Shown here piece by piece: positions 53,168 to 64,000 of a stretch of 64,000 nt of DNA. Origin of the DNA: Spizellomyces punctatus DAOM BR117 (lineage: Eukaryota); assembly GCA_000182565.2 (NCBI GenBank), contig KQ257466.1; one strand, given 5' to 3'. Within the stretch, counting starts at the first letter, position 1; each line of letters opens with the position of its first letter. Both the position numbers and the translations under genes were made by a program. Below the pieces are notes generated by a model, which was not told the origin of the DNA, made no database searches, and saw nothing but the letters and a program-made list of their open reading frames with translations.

Positions 53168-56100
53168 TCACATTGCATATTGGCCTCTGCCATGACCCCC
53201 ACGTCCAGCCGGGTTACCTCGTTGCTTTGACGCTTCATTCCGTGGAACAAACGTCTTCTTGCCACCAACAGCACCAACCACTCCCTCGGACAACCACATA
53301 ATTATATAAATCAAACTACCAATGAAACGAACGGCCGACAGTGCCGTCACGCTCCAGAAAATGAAAGTCAAATATGGGTTGACAGCGCCTTTACCCTTAT
53401 CCTGAACATTGGCATAGAGCTTATCCGTTATGGCATCCGTAGTAAAGACGATGATCAACAGCGCGTTGGAGAGCATCCAGGCAAGTACAACACGCGTACG
53501 GTACGCTCGAAAATAATCGTCGATTTTTGTCTGGCGATCCCGCCCTGATTTGGCTTTTTCGGGACGACGGAAGAGGTTTTGTAGTGTTGCTTCGTACTGG
53601 ACGTTGAGACTATCTGCATCATCCTGAGGGAGATCCACCGTCACCGCGGGTTCTGATGAGTCCTTGCTGGGTGCGCTCACAGCTGGTGCCGAAGCGGTGG
53701 CCATCTGAGCCACATTGTCACCTTTTGTGCCCCAGCTGATGTCGTGGAGGTTACAGACTGAAAGAAATTGTTAGGATTTTCTCGACACAAGAATACAGGG
53801 GCGGACTCACATGCATAGACCATAAAGACGTTGATGTAAACCGGTAATAAGAGCATGTATTGTGCCATGCTTGTGATAACGTGCCATGGATCCAGATGAA
53901 TTAAACTCGATAAGACGTATAAGCCGTAGGTACTCCCAAGGGAAATGATAATGTCCCTAAAGGCTGGCTGGTTCACGAGGAGATCGCCGATTGCTGCCCA
54001 TTGTGCTGCGGTCTTCGGAATACCTTGGTATACCGTGTGGCCACCCATGAAGAGGAGGAATCCCATTATGATGGCCATAAGGACGAGAATTGCGTAGTAC
54101 AGATTTTTACTCCCTTGTGGTCTATTTCCTGTCGACGGATGAAGACGACATGTGTGTCGATAGCATGTTCACACATAATATAATACTGAGAGGCAAAGAA
54201 GCTTACCGAAAGAAATGATGAAGAGAATCCCAATGGCTGCAAAGTAAAAATATCGTAGAACAACAAATATTGTCATTCCAGCCCCCCCAAATGGATCTGT
54301 GGTAGAATCCCTCGTGCCTTGGAAGAGGAAATCTGTAATTATATCAGCAAGGGAGACCACCAGTTAGTATTCCTGAGCTAATTCCAGTATAATAAAGAGT
54401 TGAGACTTACGGAATGTCAGGTAAAAATTGCCCTATTGATAGAAATAACGATTGGTGTTTAGCTTAGATTTAAATATTAGAAAACAGCATAACAACTCAC
54501 TATTCCAAACCAGCTGAACACAAGATTGAAAATGTTATATAATTCCTGGAAGGTGAAGAGCATCTTTCTTGGCATCGAATGTGAGGACCGCCAAAACAGG
54601 CGATAGTTTGTAACTGAATGCACTGCCGCAAAAAAGCTTCCATTTAACCACCGTCTCCTCTGTGAAACGAGCTCTGGAAGGGCAGCGGGTACATCCGTTT
54701 CCGCGCGTGCATTCTTAACGTATTTGAGAATCCAGTTCTCGTTTCGCTTTGTGACGAGCTCAAAGCAGAGAATACGGTCCTCCGCTAAATACATGTTGGC
54801 TTTAAAGACGTCCGTTTCACCAGTGTGACTCTCGCCTTGGAAATAGCTTGCAAGAGGTCCTGTGGTCAAGGAAGAATTTTGAAGAGCCGCGTATCGATAT
54901 GCTGAAAAAGCTCCTGGAAGGACCTGGATGTATCCAAAGACAGATTCGAGTGGTTTGTCTAGAATATTACTCATTCTACCACATCATTAGGATGGAATGG
55001 TGGATAAAGGGAAACCTGGTGCAAGTTAAAGACTTACTTGTACTCAAAGTTTTGGGCAGCAACGAGGGGATTTAGCAAGTTTCCACAAGCACCACCAAGC
55101 TCGGCAGCAATTTCACCACAAGCACCCCCCACTTGCGGGTCCCGGTCAAAGGCTGAGCAGGAATCGGATAGAGCGAGTTAAAGTCAGTTTGAATGAGCGT
55201 GTACTTTGCCATCAGTCGTTACCTCTCCACAAGTGATAAATTGACGTGCCAGTCGGCTTTGTTCCAACATCGAGTAGAACACATACATTTGGCTTCAAAA
55301 GGGGTCCGAATGCGTTGAAGAACCATCGATGACTATTGATCTAATTTTTTGTTCTTGCTTGGTCATTGCGGTACATTGAGTTTCAAGCAGAGGATCAGCT
55401 CAGGTACCTTTTTAGCGTTCTTTTCTTTCAAGCAAAATAAGACCTGATCCAGAAGGTTTCAGCGGTGATAGTGAAGAACTTGACGCTAATATCGTGAGGC
55501 ATTACCTGGACTGGCACAATCCCATCTTTGTGTGTTCGAACCTTGAGATCTCTATCCACGGCAATTTGGGTTGTAAACTCATACAGATGTCCCGTGACGT
55601 TTTTACCCTCCACTTGTGTTCTCTCTAAACCAGGAGCATACACCCCCATCGCTTGCAACATTGTCAGCACTCTTTTGTGTATTTTCGTTCGACCATCCGA
55701 AACGATGCAGACTACGACATTCGTCCAACCGTTGGGTCCCCAACTGACAGGGCATTTATCTGAGCAGAGATAGGCAATATTTTTCTGAACCTGTAAATAG
55801 TTCACGGTTTAATTACCGGTCTGCTTTATTGCTGGCAGATCAGGACACCTACACTTGTCATAGTCTTTGCAAATAGTTCCTCATCTTCGTTGTACCTAAA
55901 ATGCAGAGTCAGTAGGTATACTAATTGTCATTTCATTTTCGGCCAACCTTAAGAGATCTTACATGGTCATGACGATGAATAACTCGGTATCTCTTCCCAG
56001 AAGCCTCGGTCTCAAATCATAACCGGCATCAGGCCGACTGAAAACATCGGGATCGCATGTTACTGCGGTATATCTGAANNNNNNNNNNNNNNNNNNNNNN

Positions 56101-56882
56101 NNNNNNNNNNNNNNNNNNNNNNNNNNNNNNNNNNNNNNNNNNNNNNNNNNNNNNNNNNNNNNNNNNNNNNNNNNNNNNCAAAAGTTCCCAGTTTTGAGGG
56201 GAACGCGACGACGAAACGGTTCGCATAGCGATGGCCGGTAAAACACTAGCATCTGTGGATGCAGAAGACACGCGAAGACTGCTCGCCAACGTATCTTGGG
56301 ATGGGGGATGTGGGAGAGAGGGACGTACAGGCGCTGGGGACGATGGTGCGGAAGGTCGCGGACTAGCTTGAGCAGATGGAAATTCAACCCTCTTTTCATT
56401 TCCACCAAGATTAGCTCTTGGTGGGGTAGGAGATGCGGGATGAGATCCCGTTCCCGACCTACTGTATGGATTGAAACCTGGCGGAGGCATGACTACTGCT
56501 GGCTGGATTTCACCTTGAGATCTTCTTGCGGAAGATACACCCACGTTTTCAGAACGCATTGGTCTCGGTCCTGATACGGATGTTTTGGCGGCCTGTCCAT
56601 CAGATGGGGTATATTGTTGGGCTGGAGGATAAAGGTATCCTTCCATGTCCAATGGAGGTACATCAGGAAGATGCGGGGATCTCGGATCGGGTGGACCTCC
56701 CTGAGCACCCGTCACATTGGGAAGTGGTCTACGACGATCATTGATACGGGGTGACGCAGCTGGTGAGGGATTGGCGCTGGCAACACGACTGGAGGGTTGT
56801 GAATGCTGGAAGAAAGAGCTGGAGATATGAGATAATTCTGCTTGATTCCAAAAGAAATGTTTGTGGTTACCGGCTTATCCAT
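53168..56882 (-). CDS. Chitin synthase, division 1 (class I/II/III type); interrupted by an assembly gap
   Basis: [121 protein letters not shown]. Confidence 0.96.
56079..56178. other. Assembly gap (100 N)
   Basis: Run of exactly 100 N. Confidence 0.99.
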
Positions 56883-57376
56883 TGCAACAAATCCTGCGAT
56901 GATGACCAAACGTTTTGGATAAGGTAAAAAGTAGACTTCAAACAAGTTTGTGATTCATATTGATATTAACTTAAAATGGCGAAATACAAGAGTGATATAA
57001 ATAGCTAGTCCATATCCCACCGTTACGTCAGCCATGTTTATTGTTACTTTAAAAAGACTTGCAAAGTTTATGACAACAGGGAAGCAGCCTCAAACTGACA
57101 GATCTTTGAAGTTTAGAACGACATCTCTACCACGCGACTAAGCGCTAGTTAGATACCATGGTTATTTCTGAGAAAGGGATGATGGAAAGTCCAAAGACGA
57201 ACAGAATAATGTCGATACGGAATCGAGTCGTAATGTGCTACATAACATACCCTCCGTCAGCATTAGCAATTCTAAAGCCAAGATTTTCTTCTATGCGGCT
57301 TTCATTATCAATATTTGTATGGACAGGTTTATAACGTTTCTGCTTTTAGATCCCATTCCTTAGCGAACAGTTGGTC

Positions 57377-57396
57377 ACACAGTGTTAACACTGTGT
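57377..57396. repeat. Perfect 20-bp palindrome ACACAGTGTTAACACTGTGT
   Basis: The sequence equals its own reverse complement. Confidence 0.9.
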
Positions 57397-57945
57397 ATGC
57401 ATGGAACTCAAGTAAATGAAGGAAATATACTTGTGAGGTTGCCTTGATACTTTCTGCAAAGCTTGTCGTTGTCAAAATTGGCAAGGTTATGTATTAGTAG
57501 TTACGATTTTCCTGGATTGAAAGAATTCTTCAGGATTTATCTAATCTAGCAGGCATTTAGCAAAATGGGACCAGCGGAATAAGCTCTCGGTAAAGAGATG
57601 CTCTTCGCCGAGATCCACTGGGGGGATACACAGAAGTTCAGCTCGACCGGATACCAGCCTTTTTGAGCTGACCCCTTGTGTCGCGGTGATGACTGACACC
57701 CCTTGTGACATTACAGCGCGCTTGTAACTTCACAAAGCGTTGCAGTCCCGCGCAATGTGGAGATCGAACTCTGTGCCTTTCAGCAACTGAGAACGAACGC
57801 ATTACCCCATAAGCTATCCCCACAAAGTCAAAATCAAATGTTTTAGACGATTGTTATATCACACAACTGAATTCACGTGAAGTATATGTGATAAGGCATG
57901 CGCAACATGTCCCATCCCAAAATTATAGGCAACGGAGAAGAACGG

Positions 57946-57951
57946 AAAAAA
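57946..57951 (-). terminator. RNA polymerase III oligo-T terminator of the tRNA-Ile gene
   Basis: TTTTTT on the minus strand about 20 nt downstream of the tRNA 3' end. Confidence 0.65.
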
Positions 57952-57971
57952 GCTTTCTTGCGTTCCATGGA

Positions 57972-58045
57972 TGCTCCGCACAGGGGTCGAACCTGTGACC
58001 TTGGCGTTATTAGCACCACGCTCTAACCAACTGAGCTAGCGGAGC
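57972..58045 (-). tRNA. tRNA-Ile(AAT), intronless
   Basis: GCTCCGC acceptor stem pairs with GCGGAGC+A; D arm TAGCTCAGTTGGTTAGAGC; anticodon arm TGGTG-CT-AAT-AA-CGCCA; T arm ACAGG-TTCGACC-CCTGT. Confidence 0.97.
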
Positions 58046-58552
58046 TGTCGTGTTATCTATAACTGATATGTTTATATTCATGACTTATCTTTGACGCTCC
58101 AGTTAAAGTAGTTCTTTGGTCGGTACCAAAATTCACCTACAGATTAATGCTCCTGCATTCAGTAGCTAAGATGCAGTCACCGTAACAGAATTTTGCATAA
58201 TCTTACTAGCCCGCAGGCACTCGGTCTCTTGAGTATCTAACATGAGTTTATGCGGCTCCCGCTACTCGCTATGCGCATAAATTTAAATATGAATCTGCAC
58301 AGGATTGTTGCCGCAAATTGTTACTATTTCATAAACTTCTAACTGGAATACAGCGCGATAATAGTCCGCTTGGAAGTTATTACTGTCCCGTTAAAATTTC
58401 CAGGTTAATCAATAGACAGCAACTGAATCCATCTGATATCTGGTGTTTGTGTATTGTGTGGGTATCGTCCAATGCAATAAAAAAAATAAATAAAACTACT
58501 GTAGAATAAATAAGAAAAGATCATCTCGGTATAAATTGCATTTGCCATCTCC

Positions 58553-61338
58553 TCATCGTCCCGTCTTCAATACAGCAACCTTCCTTGTCAATTTGGACTT
58601 TCTCACCTCTCCATCCCACGTCTGCTCCTCAACAATCGGCATGCGCCCGGCCACATAGACTTGTTCATAATATCTGCCTCCCACCCGCTCTCGGTCCACC
58701 GTCCTCAGCTCCCCCGTCTTCACCCACTTTGATGCCCTCTGATCGATATGGCTGAGCACTATATTCGTCTCAGCATCAACACGGACGTAGATTTTTCCGG
58801 TAAGCCGCACCGTCGAGTTTGGGATGTCGTCATTGTCCTTTTTGAGGCCAGTAGGACTGGAAAGTTGTTCGGGATGGACATGAGTGATGCTAGTCACCTC
58901 CATGTATTCAAATTGTTCTTGGACTTCAGTGGGGTCCCGGGTAATAGGGGAAGGACGGCCGCGTTGGCGGAAGGGTTTGACCAGCCGAATCAGCTCGCCC
59001 ACGCTGATGCGTTCGGCGCCCAAGCGCACATGCTTAATGCTAGTTTCTACGAATCCGGGTTTGATGGGGGAAACTCGTTGGCTATCGATTTCCGAGTCCG
59101 TGGCAGTGCTCTCACCCTCTCCCGCCACTAAGCTGCTCTCTGGAACTTTCCCAGCACCGTCCTTGGTTTTCTTTGCTGCTTTCACGGTTTTCAAAGTCAC
59201 ATCCACGTTGAGAAAAATGTCAACGACATCGCCAAATCCTGTTGGAGATTTGGTCCACCTTCTTTCGGCGGTGTGATGCTCGTCCGGCGCGGCCCACCCC
59301 GTACTCAAGCTTATGGCTTGGGTGACGGCACGGTTGAAAACTGCGTCATCGGTGATATGGGGCTTTTGGCTGAGGTACGGGACAACCTTTGATGCTGGAC
59401 ATTGGATGTAATATTCGCCCTGGTAGTTGGCATCTTGAAGACGGCGTGGCGTTGGCAAGGTCAGTAAAGGGGCATGTGGAAGAAGGCGGAGAATGTAGTG
59501 GTGCCCAGGCGTTGATGAAGGTAGAAATGCCGCCTCTTCAGCAGCAGGAGCCGCGGACGGTTGTAAACCAGGCTCTTCCCGTTTGTCTTCCTTTTGGATG
59601 GTGTCCAGCAAACTGACCTCGCTCCCTGCTTCGGATATCTTACTTTCGCTAACGTCACTTGCTTCCTCTCCACCGTCAAGTTCCTGGTCCTTTCCTTCCT
59701 TTCCTTCAGATTCATCAGATTCATCCGCCTTGTTTTTCTTTTGCTGGTAGTCTTGTTCAACAAACTGCTGCACGCCTTTTCCTTTTCCCTTGCCGGACGC
59801 TGAACCCTCCTTACGCTTCCTCTTCTTACTGCTAGTGTCGACGACACTGGAGCGGGTTCGCTTGTGGTCAAATTCCCACAGGTCCTCTGGACCAATACCC
59901 TTCACATCCTCTGGGCTCAGGCAACCCCATATCCAGCCCTTATAGCCCTTGGACCCTTTGGAATAGGATGCACGTACATCTTCAATTGATTCTAATTCAG
60001 GTTCAATGGCGTAAGGAGTACGTTCGCGCGGTTGTTGCGGGCGCTTCTGCTTTGGAATAGGATATGGCTCTTTGAATATAGGTTGCGATGAAGGTCCAGG
60101 TAACGATGAGGATGATGGTGATGCTGCCGGTGTGGATGAATTTTTGATTGTGGATGATGCTGTTTCGCCGTCTGGCAAGGCCTTCTCGGTTTTCGCTCTT
60201 TTGGATGGTGATTCTAGGGTATCGAGAACGTCCGAAGTACGTTTGCAACGGGGTCTTTTAGGAGTCAAGTCAAAGTACTTTTCTTGGACAATTGATGATA
60301 AGGCTTGAAGTGGTTTTTGACCTTTAGTATCCCATCTTGCAATGACCTGGCAAAGCCACATTCTCTTAGCATCCATATCGGTAGATGCGGGATGATTCAT
60401 CGGAGCCCAGACAAGCTCTCCGGGTCGGTTGTAGGAGAACCATGAACGATCTTCAGGTGGACTGGATGTGGCGGGAGGTAGCTGACCAGGTACAGCCGTT
60501 GGGAAAGTCTTGCGACCGTCGGAAATAATTCCAGGCTTTTTCGCTTCTTTCAACTTTTTGGGCGACCTTGATTGAGGTTCCGAATCGGATCGAGCTTTTG
60601 GCGGTCGGCCGCGTTTCCTTGTAAGTACTCTGGACGTTTCTTCAGATGTTCCCTGCTGATGCCAGCGACCCATGAGCTCCTCATGTTCTCGCATCCGTTC
60701 ACGGAACTTTATCTTTTCAGTGACTCGTGCAGAACGCCGGATTTCGCTGTGTGAAGTTTCTGCTGCTGCGGGGTGCGTCGAGGTGATTTCAGTCTGCGCA
60801 GCCGATGTTGGGACGCCGCCGCGGCTTTTGGGAGGACGACCGCGACGCTTGGGTTCGTGCGCTGGGAGTGACAAGTGAGGGATATCGCTTGACGCTGAGA
60901 ATGTATCAAGGCTGGGTTTTTCCGGGGAGGAGACGGATGGATCCGTCTCGGACGAGCTCGTTGGCACAAGCACTGGATACGTAAAAGGCTCACTTTCAAG
61001 AAAAAGCTCTATTTTTGGTTGAAACTTAACCAGTGGATGGCGCATAAAGACGGCAGCGCTATGGTCTTCGTTATCGGAGAAATCGGACCATACTTCAGAG
61101 CCTATGGATTTAAAGAAGGGGAAAGAAGGAACAGAAACCAGCAGGTGAGAAACAAGATGAGGAAATACCCAAACCCTCACACCAATGGCATTATCGGAAC
61201 AGAACGGAGCATTGCTCCACAGCAAACGATGTAAAACCTACCATCCGAGTCATACTTGTCGCCGAATAATCTAAAGTTATTGTGACCGTCTACCAGTGAA
61301 GGCTCTTCAGCCTTGATTTGTTCCGTTTCGGTTGCCAT
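58553..61338 (-). CDS. Clr2-like chromatin/silencing protein with two AT-hooks
   Basis: Intron 61102-61241 gives N-terminal KYDSDGSEVW; AT-hooks KRRGRPPK and RKRGRPPK; RPGELVW...MWLCQVI; C-terminal RLGAERISVGELIRL...LTGKIY...VGGRYYE, resembling the Clr2 C-terminal domain as I recall it. Confidence 0.7.
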
Positions 61339-62815
61339 TCTGCAGCGCAGAAATGAAGCGTCCGAAAGCAAAACAAAAAAAAGAAAGAAGCTGGATGTGG
61401 TTGTGCCAAAGGATTAATACCATAAAATTGAGTCAAGGAATACCAGTGCACTTGTTTGCTCACTAAATGTAGCAGGATTGCTCAAAGGTTGAATTTCCGT
61501 AGGTCAAAAATAAGAGTCGGCCTTTTTTTTTTGAAGAACCAAACGGCGGCAATTATCCGAAAGCCTTTTTTAAATTCCCTCCACTAGTGGGAGCACGAGG
61601 ACGGATTATTTAACAAATTCTTGAACGTCTGAGTTGATGTCAGAATATAAAAAACCAGTCGTAAAAGTAGGCAAAAGAATGGGGGCAAGTCCCAAGAATA
61701 GCCACGGGATTAAAGCAAGTCAAGTCCCAAAAGTGTGCAACAAAAAGCGAGACGCGAACAGGGGGGCAAGTCCAGTGCTTGAAATTTCAACAGAATTTAA
61801 AAGAGTTGAAAGTTTACTTGGTTAACAGTCACGTGTCTCTCAACTTACCCCAATACGTTTTTTTTTATTTTATTTAATAGATATGAGGAAATGGAGCAAG
61901 CAAAGGTGAGGTAGACGATAGCATACATGCATGTAAAAGTGATGTATCCGTGTCCCAAATGTCAAATTATGTACAAAGCAATACAATTTGAATGCCAGTC
62001 CAACGATAACCAAGATGGAACAAAAGAACACGTACGAAAACTTGAGCAATGGGGGCGTGCAGAGTGTCGAAAATCAGTGTCTAGTAAATGACGCTGCACA
62101 CAAAGCATTGCACGGGACATTATGCCAGTATCCGTGGTTGCCTGCAAGACGACATGGCTGACTAATGTTGATGTAACTCCGACATGGGGGGCAAAGCACA
62201 TGGGCAGACAAAAAGGAGGGATAGGACTAGGATATAAGGGACGGAAATATAAAAAAAACTAGATATTCCATACCGTAGTCAAGAGCCGTGGCATTCCCCT
62301 GCCTGCACAGAAGAAGACTAAGTTGGAATAACTGGGTAACTAGTGGGCGGCTGCATGTACTTGTGCAGTTTTCCAATTGTTTTTGCAGTTTACAAGAGTC
62401 GTAACGATATGCAAATCAATCCTCAATGACGAAGGAAAATAGGGGTTTTCTACGGGTGTGGACGCCTCCCAGCATCCCCTTTATTTCCATCGCCTGTGTT
62501 AATTACCATGGAGTATTATAACCGTGTTGCGACATATACAATAAATATAAGATATAAGGGTCATTAAGGCAGCTTGGAAATCTAGCGATGCAGAACAAAA
62601 AAAAAGGCACATATTTTTACGTATTGCAGCCATAAAAAAAAATCAGGTTACAAGTAGACAACATATCGTCCTCAATCTAATGCTAACACAAGAAGAGATA
62701 TCATCATCCTCGCGACCGCCGATATTGCGGACCACCACAAAGGAAGATTTTCTATCGGCCATAAACTTCACCATATCCTTCGCTAACGTAACCAAAGCCA
62801 CCCAACGAAAACAAC

Positions 62816-64000
62816 CTACTTTTTGGTTGTTCGCTTGACTAATGGAGTCAATGCACTCGACGGCGCTGCGATTCTCAAGAAGGGATGCTGTAGCAACTCA
62901 TCTGCTGTGGCCCGCTTAGCAACATCCACTTCCAGACACCGTCCCAAAAAGTTCTTAAACACGCCGCTCAACTTTTCGGGGCTTTTCAACGTAGGAGTAC
63001 CGTTCGTTGCAATGAGGTAAAGCGCTTTAAGTGGCTCTTCTTCCAAATATGGCGGTTCGCCTTCAATCATTTCAATAGCCATGATTCCCAAGGACCAGAT
63101 ATCAACTTTTGCACCGTATTCTTTTTGCTTGACGACTTCCGGAGCCATCCAGTAAGGAGTACCGACCATTGTAGCACGTTTGCCCCGATCCGCAGTCAGT
63201 TTGGCACAGAAACCAAAATCTGTAATTTTCACGTGTCCTTCAGAGTCCAAAAGCACGTTATCACTCTTAATGTCTCGGTGGATAATGCTACGATTGTGCA
63301 GGTGGTGTAGACCCTTTATGGTTTCACAGCAGATTGCGGCGATTTGCGGCTCGTTCATTGTGTTGTTGTCAATAATGTCGGTTAATGGCCCTCCCTCCAT
63401 GTACTCCATGACCACCCACAACTCGCTCTTCACCAAGAAACTGTCGAGGTAGTTTACAATGTTTGGATGCTGGCTCTCCTTCATTACCAGGATCTCGTTT
63501 ACGATGAGCTCCTTACGAGGTTGGTTAGCCAGGTCCATCTGTTTGATGGCTACCACTGTGTTGTTGCCCGTGTTACGTGCGACAAATACAGAACCAGATG
63601 CTCTATAAACGATCAAATGTTAAGATGAGCACGAAAATTCGAGTCTGTGATAACCGCATGCTGATCACATACCCTTGACCGACTTTCTTGACTTTGGCAT
63701 AAAGAATGGTCGGATCTCCTTTGGAAACCACTGCTCGCAATTTCTCCATAATCTGTGCTTCCGACATTGTCGACAATCGTGTGTCTCGGCCTTTTGGGCT
63801 CTTTGTCGGAGCTGCAGTTGGAGCAGATGGTTCTTTAACTGGAGCCGGAGGACGCGCCGGCACATCCTGTGGCCGCGATGGTTGCGGGGGCGGTAGTCGC
63901 GAAGAGCCCCCATTTGTGTAAGCGCTCCCATTGGGGTACGCTGGCTGGCTAGGCGGTGGGGCATATTGCTGTCGATCTCGGGTGCGATCCAATGTCTCAG
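62816..64000 (-). CDS. PAK (Ste20/Cla4-family) kinase, 5' part outside the window
   Basis: [73 protein letters not shown]. One intron at ~63604-63672. Confidence 0.96.

Noticed and set aside
53168-56882. Chitin synthase as a pseudogene
   Set aside because: All catalytic motifs are intact; the only lesion is adjacent to an assembly gap.

Overview
Gene-dense, intron-rich eukaryotic DNA with short GT-AG introns and intergenic gaps of roughly 0.1-2 kb. It is fungal. The gene content (division-1 chitin synthase, Clr2-like protein, RNF121, CLPTM1, single-pass TM-SH3 proteins) suggests an early-diverging lineage such as a chytrid; that placement is inference. I can support about 24 spliced protein-coding genes, one tRNA-Ile(AAT) and one 100-N assembly gap. 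I see no transposon, rRNA, CRISPR or prokaryote-type operon. Coordinates of multi-exon genes are outer bounds from manual splicing, and several 5' ends are approximate. Top observations: (1) NOT4 has two tandem 3' splice sites 4 nt apart (TAAG/TAAG) behind a ~129-nt AG-free zone. They open two different reading frames of the same last exon, giving either a 73-aa tail or a ~1,215-aa tail. (2) A CLC transporter has its gating Glu replaced by Asp and two other filter motifs rewritten. (3) An SRA-like/Zn-cluster/AlkB dioxygenase needs a 10-nt micro-exon to stay in frame. (4) An AT-hook Clr2-like silencing factor. (5) Two single-pass surface proteins with cytoplasmic SH3 domains.
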